From IMG/VR virus record IMGVR_UViG_3300009183_002303, positions 1 to 36,061 of that record: DNA of 36,061 nt, one strand, 5' to 3'. How positions within the stretch are numbered: the stretch's first letter is position 1; each line of letters opens with the position of its first letter. The translations under genes and the position numbers were made by a program. The notes under the pieces were generated by a model, which saw nothing but the letters and a program-made list of their open reading frames with translations, was not told the origin of the DNA and made no database searches. Positions 8,075-17,772 of this stretch are shown one piece after another. Origin of the DNA: a virus (taxonomy: Duplodnaviria > Caudoviricetes).

Positions 8075-8642
8075 ACTGAGATTCTAACCCTTTGCGTTTT
8101 AAATCGTACCAATTTCTAATAGTGTCGTTCATTTGCTCAACACCAATTACTGGTACTTGAAAAGGTGCTTCCACAATCCATTTAATAGCAGTCGCTATAT
8201 GTGCAGGGTCCATTGTAGTTTTTAAACCTAAAGGTTTGGCTGAAGACTTAAATCCGCCTACAGTTACATGTGTAACTTTAAATCGTTCATCAGTTAGACT
8301 TAACCCTAATTCTTTTAAATCATTCGATTCTTTATATTTGCTAGGATTTGCTGGAAGCCATTTAGCATACTCGTCTATACTTCCAATATTAAACACATGG
8401 CCTTCTGCCCATACTTCTCGAGCTATAGTTAATACAGTTGCTTGCAAACCATTCTTAACGTATGCATTGTTTACAATTACATTGTAGTCTGTTAAAATAG
8501 ATTTTAATCTAGATAAACCGTCTTCTGTTGATAAATCATATCCGTTAGATCGACTTACAAAAGTACTGTTAGGAAATAGTTTTTTAATTTCCATAGCAAT
8601 GCCTATGTGTTCTGGATTTCCAGTACAAAGTACTTTAAACAT
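8064..8642 (-). CDS. short-chain dehydrogenase/reductase-like protein
   Basis: VLCTG...GIA Rossmann start, VIVNNAY, VFNIGS; YKESN in place of YxxxK. Confidence 0.7.
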   Translation of the reverse strand: MFKVLCTGNPEHIGIAMEIKKLFPNSTFVSRSNGYDLSTEDGLSRLKSILTDYNVIVNNAYVKNGLQATVLTIAREVWAEGHVFNIGSIDEYAKWLPANPSKYKESNDLKELGLSLTDERFKVTHVTVGGFKSSAKPLGLKTTMDPAHIATAIKWIVEAPFQVPVIGVEQMNDTIRNWYDLKRKGLESQFTG

Positions 8643-9318
8643 TTAATGCCTTTGCAATAAAATCTGCCGGATAGTTTGTTCTAAAACTATTCCAACATAA
8701 CTGATCCATTGTTTGCCAAGATTGAGGAACATTCCATTCTATACCCATGCTACTTAAATGTTTGCGTATTTCATCTTGTCTAGTGCTATAGATATGGCTT
8801 TCAACTTCTTCGATACTAATATTTGGTTCTGTTACACGGTAGGTGAAAAAGTAATTGATACTTTTTAATTTTCCATCTACTATAAAATAACTACTTGGGT
8901 GCATACTGTATTTGTGCAATCCAAGACTTTTATGGGCGTGAATTATTTCTAACATTTGATCCTGCCAATCCGGCAATATTGTATCGTAGTTAGTCATGTC
9001 GCATCCTGCTTGTTCCCAAAAATCAGGACCGTCTATTTCTAAATACAATTTTCTGTTATCAAGGTCAATATTTTTAATTGTAGGAACTAAGTTAGGGTAA
9101 TTGTTTCTCATCTGCGTAAGGTAGTTAACTTCACGCAACCATTTTTCCTCCATTTTAGAAGGATCTACTACTTGGTTTTTTCCTTTGTGATATTCAGTAT
9201 CATTATGATACCATTGCACAAAAGTTTTTTTATCTTCACTAATAAGACTAGTGTAGATTAGGTTATTACGGCATAGGCCTTGACCGGGTACGTTATTGTA
9301 GTAGTATTCGTATTTCAT
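8635..9318 (-). CDS. protein-kinase-like fold protein (degenerate motifs)
   Basis: REVNYL (alphaC Glu), VPTIKNID...LYLE hinge, HKYSMHPSS catalytic-loop position, LKSINYF at the DFG position. Confidence 0.5.
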   Translation of the reverse strand: MKYEYYYNNVPGQGLCRNNLIYTSLISEDKKTFVQWYHNDTEYHKGKNQVVDPSKMEEKWLREVNYLTQMRNNYPNLVPTIKNIDLDNRKLYLEIDGPDFWEQAGCDMTNYDTILPDWQDQMLEIIHAHKSLGLHKYSMHPSSYFIVDGKLKSINYFFTYRVTEPNISIEEVESHIYSTRQDEIRKHLSSMGIEWNVPQSWQTMDQLCWNSFRTNYPADFIAKALNV

Positions 9319-9881
9319 AATGTGCTAAACATGATAAAAGAAATGTTTTCGTTGCCCTCATTAACTATGTTAGCATAGCTTGTTTTGTCTAACATGTCAA
9401 TGGTGTAAATTTTACCAACTTCTGGAACAACACTATAATGACCGTTACTGTCATATGCACGTAGCCAATTTGTTCCATTAGTTACTAGCGGTACAAAAAC
9501 TCTTATATGTGGTTTAACTCCAGCAGTCCATTTACCAATATAATCGCCAGGTTCAAAGGTCATTACAAAAGATCTAAACACATTGTTAAAATTATCTTTG
9601 ATCATCTTAAAGAATCCAAATACTAACGCAGTATCTTTAAAATACTCTGGACCTTCATCATGCGGATCTATATCGCAATGATAAGGAAACGCAAGATCAT
9701 TGTAAATAGTCTGCAACCCGTAACCGTGCATTGTCTTTAAACTAAAATGATCGCTAAGGCTTCTTGTATCATTGTGATCTTTTATGTAGTGCCAATGATA
9801 ATGTTCGTAGTCAGTTTGTAGTTGTTTTAAATAAGCAACAGCATCTTGCGGATTATAGGTTAACTCAAGTGTTGTTATCAT
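9315..9881 (-). CDS. AspH/cupin-like 2OG-oxygenase-fold protein, degenerate
   Basis: RSFVMTFEPG...RVFVPLVTN...GKIY...IVNEG resembles AspH-like neighbours, but the HxD and distal His are not at the expected positions. Confidence 0.45.
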   Translation of the reverse strand: MITTLELTYNPQDAVAYLKQLQTDYEHYHWHYIKDHNDTRSLSDHFSLKTMHGYGLQTIYNDLAFPYHCDIDPHDEGPEYFKDTALVFGFFKMIKDNFNNVFRSFVMTFEPGDYIGKWTAGVKPHIRVFVPLVTNGTNWLRAYDSNGHYSVVPEVGKIYTIDMLDKTSYANIVNEGNENISFIMFSTL

Positions 9882-10466
9882 TTAGTATCCAAGTATATGC
9901 AATGTAAACTTTGGAGTCATGCCAGCGTTAATGCCAGTATGCCATTCTTTATAATTTTTCCATTTAAAAATAGAACCTTCAGGAACATTATATATGTAAT
10001 CATCTCCAATTATAAAAATATGTCCCATAGTAGGAGAACACATTGTTATGCTATAACGTTTAATTTTTCCTTTTTCTAAATATGTTTGTTCGTTGTCGTC
10101 TACGTCCCAGTGCCATGGAGCCATGTAGCCAGGATCAATACGACTAATCCACGCACGATGTACTCCTGTTAAACGTAAGTAATTAGCCACGTCATTGACT
10201 AGATCTTGTTTAAAATCTTTGCCTGGGTAATAGTTAATCCACTGCATAGAATTGGTGTTAAACTTGGCATCTTTCCACATTTTATTAATATCTGCATAGC
10301 CAGGGTCGTCTTGGTGTGCTGTTAACCCAGCCATTACATCGGTACCAGGATTGTTAATTAGTTCCTGTGTAAGATTGATTAAATTATGTCTGTAATAGTA
10401 TCCTAAGTAAATGGTACTTTTAAGACTAGTTAGCAATCGTTTGTCAAATACAGATGTTGTAATCAT
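9882..10466 (-). CDS. AspH-like Fe(II)/2OG oxygenase
   Basis: RAWISRIDPGYMAPWHWD...WHTGIN; start set at 10466 (ATGA overlap). Confidence 0.75.
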   Translation of the reverse strand: MITTSVFDKRLLTSLKSTIYLGYYYRHNLINLTQELINNPGTDVMAGLTAHQDDPGYADINKMWKDAKFNTNSMQWINYYPGKDFKQDLVNDVANYLRLTGVHRAWISRIDPGYMAPWHWDVDDNEQTYLEKGKIKRYSITMCSPTMGHIFIIGDDYIYNVPEGSIFKWKNYKEWHTGINAGMTPKFTLHILGY

Positions 10467-11185
10467 TCTAAGTATCCAAATGCCCACAAGCGTTCTTTAC
10501 ACCACCAGCAAGATCCGCAGTGTCCTTCTGTATGCGTGTCTGTTTCACAACTTCTAGTAAATGGAAACAAATCTTTTTCTATTGCTAGCTCTTTATATAA
10601 CGTAGCAATACCTTGTTTAGTATAATTAATCATTGGATTATAAACACGGCTATCTTGCGAAAGTTTTTCTTTGTATTGGCCGTCTATAGTAAGTGCAGGA
10701 TTACTACAATCAGTACCCAGCGGAATGTTTATTTCTAAACCAAATAACGGATGCACATTATCATAATGTCTCCATTGTCTATGCCACTCAGGGCCGGGCA
10801 TTCCCCAAGATGCATAAACATCATCAGGTGGAAATTTGGTTAATCCTGTGTATAAAATATCAATGTCACCCGAGTCTAAAGCATCTTTATAAATTTTAAA
10901 AATCATCTCCGGTGTTTGATGAGCCGCAGGCATCTTATGTACAAAGTAATTAGTTTTGCCTGTAAGTTCTGCACATCGTTTAACTACTTTATCAAACGCT
11001 GGTTCTAGTACAAATTGTCTTTTAGCACCGAGCAAGTTATAGATATGTAAATCGTGCTTTATTTCTTTCATTAACAAGTATAGTATAACAGCACTATCAG
11101 CGCCGCAACTGGTACTAATACCTACTGGACCATCTCTATAAATGCCAAAATCAATATTGGCTAATTTCATGCTCTCTAATTTCAT
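10463..11185 (-). CDS. QueC-like PP-loop ATP pyrophosphatase
   Basis: SCGADS PP-loop; TRSCE...HCGSCWWCKER C-terminal zinc site. Confidence 0.75.
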   Translation of the reverse strand: MKLESMKLANIDFGIYRDGPVGISTSCGADSAVILYLLMKEIKHDLHIYNLLGAKRQFVLEPAFDKVVKRCAELTGKTNYFVHKMPAAHQTPEMIFKIYKDALDSGDIDILYTGLTKFPPDDVYASWGMPGPEWHRQWRHYDNVHPLFGLEINIPLGTDCSNPALTIDGQYKEKLSQDSRVYNPMINYTKQGIATLYKELAIEKDLFPFTRSCETDTHTEGHCGSCWWCKERLWAFGYLE

Positions 11186-11189
11186 ACAA

Positions 11190-11222
11190 TATTTATTTAG
11201 GTGGCCGGCCCTGCCATAAATA
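11190..11222. promoter_or_regulatory. divergent late-promoter pair
   Basis: ATAAATA on minus (11190-11196) and on plus (11216-11222), each exactly 4 nt upstream of an ATG. Confidence 0.65.
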
Positions 11223-11226
11223 TCTG

Positions 11227-12270
11227 ATGCTAATTAAAACCCTATCCATGTGTGAACACTGCTATAGACATATACCAGCTGAACGGTTTGAACGGGACGG
11301 CCAAGTATGGTTAGGTAAAACTTGCCCAAAACATGGCTATCATGAATGTTTAGTTGAAATTGATTCAAATTTTTATAAAACTCACAAATACACAAAACGT
11401 AAACCTAGTTCATACTGGTTAGATATTACTAACAGATGTAATTTAGAATGTCCGCATTGTTACCAAATGCCCGATAATGAATCAAAAGACCCGGGCATAG
11501 GTTATTTGATATCCCAAGTTGAAAGCTGGCCAGATGATGGATTTCCAATCAGCTTAGTTGGTGCTGAACCAACTACTCGTAAAGACCTTGCAGATTTAAT
11601 ACGTGCTATTCAGGCAATACCTGGTAAGCCTAGAATGATAATGGTTGTTACCAACGGAATTAATTTAGGTAAAGAAGAATATGCTAAAAAGTTTGTAGGT
11701 ATAGAAAATCTTAAATGGACTATTGGCCTTAACCATCCCGAATATAACGGCGGGGTTATTCGTGTTAAGCAACAAGCAGGGGTAGACAACTGTGTTGCAT
11801 TAGGACTTACTATTAAAAACTTTACATACACGTTGGGTAGTTTAGATCAATTAGAATATTGTTTAAACGAAATGCAAGAATGGAACCGTTTAGGAATTTG
11901 CGACAACGCCCGTATACAAGTAGGTGTAGACATTGGACGTATTCCTGAAGACAATCCTCCTGAACTATACCTTTCACAATTAGTACACGCTACAAAAGAA
12001 TTATGTAAACATAAAGGCTGGTCGTGGGAGCCTTCAGAAACTGAAGGCAATAGAACACACTACTTGGTGCGTATTAACGGACTAGTACACAGATTAATTA
12101 AATGGGTTGATGTTAAAACTATAGATTTTGAAGAAACGTTTTCAGAATCGTACGCAGACATGATTCCTACTAAACCTATGAGCCCATTACTGCATCAAGT
12201 TATACTGCGTGATAGATTTGTTAATGAAGGTCAAATGCTATTTGATACAATACCAAAAGAGTATCTATGA
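11227..12270 (+). CDS. radical SAM protein with Tes/MJ0619-like N-terminal metal-binding domain
   Basis: TLSMCEHC...TCPKHG; CNLECPHC; GAEPT; VTNG. Confidence 0.8.
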   Translation: MLIKTLSMCEHCYRHIPAERFERDGQVWLGKTCPKHGYHECLVEIDSNFYKTHKYTKRKPSSYWLDITNRCNLECPHCYQMPDNESKDPGIGYLISQVESWPDDGFPISLVGAEPTTRKDLADLIRAIQAIPGKPRMIMVVTNGINLGKEEYAKKFVGIENLKWTIGLNHPEYNGGVIRVKQQAGVDNCVALGLTIKNFTYTLGSLDQLEYCLNEMQEWNRLGICDNARIQVGVDIGRIPEDNPPELYLSQLVHATKELCKHKGWSWEPSETEGNRTHYLVRINGLVHRLIKWVDVKTIDFEETFSESYADMIPTKPMSPLLHQVILRDRFVNEGQMLFDTIPKEYL

Positions 12271-13334
12271 ATAAATTAGAAGATACACAGTCCCTATGTG
12301 AGCATTGCTATAGACACGTTCCTGCTGTTAGGTTTGAACGTGACGGACAAATATGGCTATGGAAAAAATGTAAATGGCACGGTGAAAGCGAACACTTAGT
12401 AGAACCTGATGCTGAGTTTTATTTAAATTACAAATATCCTAGACAAGCATTAAACAGCTATCTAATAGAAGTAACTAACAAATGTAATCTAGCATGTCCT
12501 AATTGTTATCAAGAACCTGATAACATGAGCAAGGATCCAAGCATAGAATATTTGACAACATTAATATCAAGCTGGCCTGATGATGGTAAACCTGTAGCAT
12601 TATGCGGGGCAGAGCCTACTGTACGCAAAGACTTAAAAGAACTAGTATTAGCCATACAAGCACTGCCAGGTAAATCCCGTAGTATAATGATACTAACTAA
12701 TGGCGTGTATTTTGCAGATAGAGAATACACAGAACAATTTAAGGATTTAAAAGATGTAATGTGGACGATTGGACTTAACCATCCAGATTATCAAGGTCGT
12801 ACTGTGCGAGCCAAACAAATGGAAGGTATTAAAAATTGTACAGACTTTGGCTTAAGAATTAAAAATGTCAGCTATACATTAGAAACAATGGATCAGTTGG
12901 AATACTGTTTAGAAGAAATACAAGAATTTGGAAATAGTATATGTGAGCAGTATCGTGTACGCTGTGGCGCCGATATTGGAAGACATCCAGGCGGCCCAAA
13001 GGTATTCCTTTCAGACTTATTAAAAGAAACTAAACTAATTTGTGAAAAGAAAGGTTGGACGTTTGAGTATAGTCCTGGCGGTGGCAATCGAGCGCATTAC
13101 CCTGTGCTAATTAATGGAATGTATGTTAAAATAATACAGTGGCCCGATGTTCGAACAATTGACTTACTAGAGGTACAGACAGAAGCTATATCTGATATAC
13201 TCCCCGGCAAACCGCCAAGTCCGTTAGTACATCAAGTTATACTACGAGATCAAGCAGTTAATAAAGGACTGCCGTTATACGATACAATACCGCAGGAGTA
13301 CATAGATAATTATGGCAATATTAGGAATCAATAA
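12267..13334 (+). CDS. radical SAM protein, paralogue of 11227-12270
   Basis: TQSLCEHC...KCKWHG; CNLACPNC; GAEPT; LTNG; shared SPLxHQVILRD. Confidence 0.8.
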   Translation: MNKLEDTQSLCEHCYRHVPAVRFERDGQIWLWKKCKWHGESEHLVEPDAEFYLNYKYPRQALNSYLIEVTNKCNLACPNCYQEPDNMSKDPSIEYLTTLISSWPDDGKPVALCGAEPTVRKDLKELVLAIQALPGKSRSIMILTNGVYFADREYTEQFKDLKDVMWTIGLNHPDYQGRTVRAKQMEGIKNCTDFGLRIKNVSYTLETMDQLEYCLEEIQEFGNSICEQYRVRCGADIGRHPGGPKVFLSDLLKETKLICEKKGWTFEYSPGGGNRAHYPVLINGMYVKIIQWPDVRTIDLLEVQTEAISDILPGKPPSPLVHQVILRDQAVNKGLPLYDTIPQEYIDNYGNIRNQ

Positions 13335-14118
13335 ACAACCGTACTTTGATATGGCTCCGCATTTAGATATGCAAGAGTTTGATAGATTGCAACCTGAGAT
13401 ATTGTCAGGCTTTGCTCTAGCACGACACTACGCTAAAGAAGGCACGTGGATGAAACCAGGTTTTACTTTTGACGACATGAGCTATAAACTTAGTTGGAAA
13501 CCTATCTATCAGTCTATGGATGAATTTATGGAACTGCCAAAAGACGATCCTATATATCAAGCAGGCATGGCACTAATGCCTAACAATTTTAAAAATTTCC
13601 AAGAACGCAACGTGTTCACACGTTTCTTAAAAATGGCAATGGGTGCGTATGATCCTTACATTTATTATTACTTGTGGGAAGAAGGATCGTGGGATGACAG
13701 AACAGCGCCACGTAAACTAACACCAGAAGCACAATACTTTCCTAACACAGTCAAGTGGGTTGAAAGTCTAGTAGGCACAGTGTTTGAAGACATTGGTCGT
13801 GTTATATTTTTTCACTGCGAAGCAGATGGTATTCCATTTGAGCACAGGGACTTAGATGCTAATAACGGTGTTAACATAGTTAAACCGCACCGTAACGAAT
13901 TTATACACATCCGTCCTAATACTAAGAAAGCTATGTACTTGTGGGATCCAGAGAATAAAAACAAAGTGTATCTTAACACTAGAGCGGCTTGGTGGAATGA
14001 CGTCGACTGGCACGGCGGTGAACGCATTATGGAACAAAGTTACAGTCTACGTATTGACGGCAAATTTACAGAAGACTTCCGCAAGGCACTGGGTATCGAT
14101 CATTTAGATACCTATTAA
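13312..14118 (+). CDS. Fe(II)/2OG oxygenase-fold protein
   Basis: FEHRD...WHGG...YSLRIDG; paralogue of 26311-27093. Confidence 0.6.
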   Translation: MAILGINKQPYFDMAPHLDMQEFDRLQPEILSGFALARHYAKEGTWMKPGFTFDDMSYKLSWKPIYQSMDEFMELPKDDPIYQAGMALMPNNFKNFQERNVFTRFLKMAMGAYDPYIYYYLWEEGSWDDRTAPRKLTPEAQYFPNTVKWVESLVGTVFEDIGRVIFFHCEADGIPFEHRDLDANNGVNIVKPHRNEFIHIRPNTKKAMYLWDPENKNKVYLNTRAAWWNDVDWHGGERIMEQSYSLRIDGKFTEDFRKALGIDHLDTY

Positions 14119-14120
14119 TT

Positions 14121-14621
14121 ATGATATACATCGGCAATTATAAAGATTGGATACAGCAAGAGTGGATTGACTACTTACTAACTACTGACGGAACTCCTCG
14201 ACCACAGACAACAAGTGAAAACCCTAATAGCCCAGAGTTTAGAAAAGCCGCTAGTGTAGGTTATGATTTAACTAAAATTTATTGGTACCATTACACCAAT
14301 ACCAATAATACATTTCCGTTACCCTTAGAACTTCCGTTTGACAATAACCGCAATCACATTTGGTGGTTTATAAAAATGAATCCCGGAATGTTTATGCCTA
14401 TGCATAAAGATCCGCATGCCGTAGAAGAAAAAAATGTTAAACGATATTGGATAGCATTACAGGATTATGAAGAAGGACATATACATATCAATGCTGGGCA
14501 GTTTTTATCTAATTATAAAAAAGGCGATATGTATATGTATGATGACCCAACAGCAATACATGGTGCATGTAACATAGGTTACAACCCACGAATAGTTTTT
14601 AACTTTAGCACATACGATTAA
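14121..14621 (+). CDS. AspH-like Fe(II)/2OG oxygenase
   Basis: WWFIKMNPGMFMPMHKD...IHGACNIG..PR. Confidence 0.75.
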   Translation: MIYIGNYKDWIQQEWIDYLLTTDGTPRPQTTSENPNSPEFRKAASVGYDLTKIYWYHYTNTNNTFPLPLELPFDNNRNHIWWFIKMNPGMFMPMHKDPHAVEEKNVKRYWIALQDYEEGHIHINAGQFLSNYKKGDMYMYDDPTAIHGACNIGYNPRIVFNFSTYD

Positions 14622-14622
14622 T

Positions 14623-15147
14623 ATGGAATATATTGGTAATTATAAAGACTGGATTACTCCAGAATTAATGAATCATCTTAAAACACGAACCGGAGACACA
14701 ACTCCTGTGTGGCAACCAGATAGATGGAAAGGTCACCCAATGTTGGATGAATTTAGAGAACTGGCCCGACCGGGATTTGCGCACAAGGACCACGACTTTC
14801 AACAGTTTAATTCTTCATCCAAAGATATGCAAGATTTTAAATTTCAGCTACCTGATCTTCCTAAGCAAGGAGACCATCAACGTTGGTGGTTTATTAAATT
14901 GTTGCCAGGACAAATGCAGGCTATGCATATTGATCCGCATCTTGTAGAAGTAAAAAATCCTGTACGTTATACTATGTTTTTAGAAGATTACCACCCTGGA
15001 CATATATTTGTTTGGAATGACAAATTAGCTAGTAATTACAAAGCTGGGGATGTGTTCGAGTGGAGTGATCCTATGATTGTACACGGCTGTGTAAACATTA
15101 GTTTTCAAACACGTTACACTATGCAAATCACAATGTTTGACGATTAA
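14623..15147 (+). CDS. AspH-like Fe(II)/2OG oxygenase, paralogue of 14121-14621
   Basis: Shared MxYIGNYKDWI N-terminus; FIKLLPGQMQAMHID...VHGCVN...TR. Confidence 0.75.
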   Translation: MEYIGNYKDWITPELMNHLKTRTGDTTPVWQPDRWKGHPMLDEFRELARPGFAHKDHDFQQFNSSSKDMQDFKFQLPDLPKQGDHQRWWFIKLLPGQMQAMHIDPHLVEVKNPVRYTMFLEDYHPGHIFVWNDKLASNYKAGDVFEWSDPMIVHGCVNISFQTRYTMQITMFDD

Positions 15148-15821
15148 TATATTTTTTTAAAATACTCAGGAAATGGATTATCTGGCCAGCGTTCGTCAAG
15201 GTGATGCATAACAGTATTTTTAAAGAATACTTCAAAATTAATATTATCACCCTCTGTAGCATTATCAAATCTAGTTGTACTATCGCCACCAATTAATTTT
15301 TCTATAATAGTGCGTGGAATTAAACTATTGCTTTTTTCTACACAAGAATAAAAATCAAAAGTTTTTAATTGTTTGTTACGGTCAAAGAAAAAACAGTGAG
15401 GGTACAATGCCATTTTATAACACTCAGCCTGTGTTAAATCCGAAAGAAATGCAAACATTTGTGTTTTCCAATCTGGATATTCTACATCGAGATTTCTACC
15501 TTCAGTCATTAAAATTCTATTGATAGTATTTGTACCATCAAATTCTACAAACACGGATCTTGTATCTACATTAACATCTAGTAATTTTGGTGCCCAATTG
15601 TATCCTTGAAACTTTGTTAAGAATTTAACTTCGCGTTCAAAAAAGAAATCTACAACTTCTTTAGTTAACCTTTTATTTTTTTGATACGGGCTATTCTCAT
15701 CATATTGCATACACATGATTGTTTCCCCAGGATTAACGATTGGTGTATATAATAAGTTAGTTGTGTCCCATGTATTACCACGAGTCATCTTGTAATAGTA
15801 TTTCCAGTTATCCATTATCAT
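15144..15821 (-). CDS. protein-kinase-like fold protein, paralogue of 8635-9318
   Basis: FEREVKFL, WAPKLLDV, VFVEF, YKMALYPHC, LKTFDFY. Confidence 0.55.
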   Translation of the reverse strand: MIMDNWKYYYKMTRGNTWDTTNLLYTPIVNPGETIMCMQYDENSPYQKNKRLTKEVVDFFFEREVKFLTKFQGYNWAPKLLDVNVDTRSVFVEFDGTNTINRILMTEGRNLDVEYPDWKTQMFAFLSDLTQAECYKMALYPHCFFFDRNKQLKTFDFYSCVEKSNSLIPRTIIEKLIGGDSTTRFDNATEGDNINFEVFFKNTVMHHLDERWPDNPFPEYFKKIY

Positions 15822-16483
15822 AGTATTTTAAATTCTTCAGGTAGCATACGTTTAAACGATTCTAGTTTATCCTGCTCTATATTAAATGTTATTCCCACAA
15901 CCCCTTGCGTAAAATTGTTTATCAATCCTAATTTGTTTGCTTCGTTAAACCATGGACTCATGGTGTTATCAAATAAAAATCTAGCGTGGCCTGTATTCTC
16001 CATACTAGTAGCTAACGATACTTCGACTGGATTGTTTAATTTATTATTTTTTAATAGTTTTCTAACTACCAATTGTACTCTTGCTCTACGGCCAAAATTT
16101 GTAGCAGTATGTAGGAAACTTGCATCCATGTCGTACCAAATACCGTCTTGTGACAACGGATACATTGTTTCTCTTACTAGGTCAATTAGATAGCTGTTGT
16201 CACCTAGTATATTCAAATGGTACCTATCATCTATGTCAGCATGAATTTGATAACATTGGTTAGGATCTAAAATAATGATTCTTGCTTCGCCTTTACTTAC
16301 AGGCAATGAATCATAAAGTGTTTCCCAAACTGTACCTTTGTACTCATCTTTTAAAACCCACGGGTCATAGAAGAAGTTACCAGTTGGCTGGTTGATAGTT
16401 GTTTTCATTCCTCCAGTTGGCAAATGGTGACATGCCTCTTGAAATAAGTTTGGATTAGTAGTATAATTAGTAGGAGTTAGCAT
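15818..16483 (-). CDS. AspH-like Fe(II)/2OG oxygenase with C-terminal extension
   Basis: EARIIILDP..CYQIHADIDDRYHL...LHTATNFG...RVQLV. Confidence 0.75.
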   Translation of the reverse strand: MLTPTNYTTNPNLFQEACHHLPTGGMKTTINQPTGNFFYDPWVLKDEYKGTVWETLYDSLPVSKGEARIIILDPNQCYQIHADIDDRYHLNILGDNSYLIDLVRETMYPLSQDGIWYDMDASFLHTATNFGRRARVQLVVRKLLKNNKLNNPVEVSLATSMENTGHARFLFDNTMSPWFNEANKLGLINNFTQGVVGITFNIEQDKLESFKRMLPEEFKIL

Positions 16484-16488
16484 AGAAA

Positions 16489-16519
16489 TATTTATGTGCT
16501 ACTATTATGACTATAAATA
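16489..16519. promoter_or_regulatory. divergent late-promoter pair
   Basis: ATAAATA on minus (16489-16495) and TATAAATA on plus (16512-16519), each 5 nt upstream of an ATG. Confidence 0.65.
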
Positions 16520-16524
16520 TTTCC

Positions 16525-17772
16525 ATGACACAATCACCCACATTTTGTATGCATCCATTTACCGGATTGGCTACCCGAGAAGATGGCGCAGTCAAAGCCT
16601 GTTGCCGTAGCCACCCAGTTGGGTTTATACAAGATGATACATTAGAAGGTATTTGGAACAACGATACAATGCAACGTATTCGTCGGCAAGTGTTAAGCGG
16701 CGAGCGTCCTGCTGAATGTGCGCCATGTTTTAACTTAGAAGACCAGGGTGTTGAAAGTTTACGGCAACGACATATTAAAGGTGAAATACCCGAAGCACGT
16801 ATTAACTTGTATCCTAATACTCCATTACAAGAAATTATGCCGTTTGAATTTCCCACAATGGAAATTAAGATGAATAATTTATGTAATCTTAAATGTCGTA
16901 TGTGTAACCCTATGGACAGTACTAGTTGGAATGATTGGCAAGAAGTAGAATCACATTACAAAAAAGAAGATAATTTCCTAGTACAAAAAATTATTGATTT
17001 AAACTTAAAAAAGAAGCCATTCCTTGATAGTTTTGTTGATACAGATAACTGGTGGGCTAGTTTTGAAAAATTACTGCCTTACTTTAGACGTGTGGAATTT
17101 GCTGGAGGCGAACCTTTGATGGATCCTGCTCACTATAAAATTCTAGACATGCTAGCACCGTATGGCAATAACATTGAGATCAAGTATGCTACCAACTTGA
17201 CCATGCTGGGAAAGAGTAATCGTACTATATGGCAATATTGGCCTAAATTTAAAAGCGTTGCTGTTAACGTGAGTATAGACGGCATAGGTGATAGTTATGA
17301 ATATGTACGTGGCAATGCATCGTGGTCAGAGCTTGTTAATAATATTAAACAAATTCAAACCATACCTAATATTAGTCGTATTGTTGGTGCTGTTGCTGTA
17401 CAGGTTAGTAATATTTTAATACTAGATAAGATGATTAAGTATTTCTTAGACGATTTAGGAATTGTATTTTACACTAACATGGTTAACTATCCAAATGTGT
17501 TATCTGCACAAGTATTGCCGACTGAATTGAAGGCACTTGCTATTACTAAACTAAAAGCAGTACGAGAACTTGTACCTAAATTTAAACACGTTAAGGCTAA
17601 TCCTATATTGTTAGGGATTACACTGGGACAAATAGACGGCGTTATAAATTACTTGAATGCCCAAGATCAAAGCGATAAATGGCAAGAGTGTATAGAGTTT
17701 AATCGTAAGTTGGATGCTACTCGAAATCAGAACTTTTTTAGTACTACACCGGAATTTAAAGAATGGCAATGA
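16525..17772 (+). CDS. radical SAM protein with N-terminal SPASM/twitch-like domain
   Basis: FCMHPF...ACC...ECAPC; CNLKCRMC; AGGEP; SIDG. Start placed at 16525, downstream of TATAAATA. Confidence 0.85.
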   Translation: MTQSPTFCMHPFTGLATREDGAVKACCRSHPVGFIQDDTLEGIWNNDTMQRIRRQVLSGERPAECAPCFNLEDQGVESLRQRHIKGEIPEARINLYPNTPLQEIMPFEFPTMEIKMNNLCNLKCRMCNPMDSTSWNDWQEVESHYKKEDNFLVQKIIDLNLKKKPFLDSFVDTDNWWASFEKLLPYFRRVEFAGGEPLMDPAHYKILDMLAPYGNNIEIKYATNLTMLGKSNRTIWQYWPKFKSVAVNVSIDGIGDSYEYVRGNASWSELVNNIKQIQTIPNISRIVGAVAVQVSNILILDKMIKYFLDDLGIVFYTNMVNYPNVLSAQVLPTELKALAITKLKAVRELVPKFKHVKANPILLGITLGQIDGVINYLNAQDQSDKWQECIEFNRKLDATRNQNFFSTTPEFKEWQ

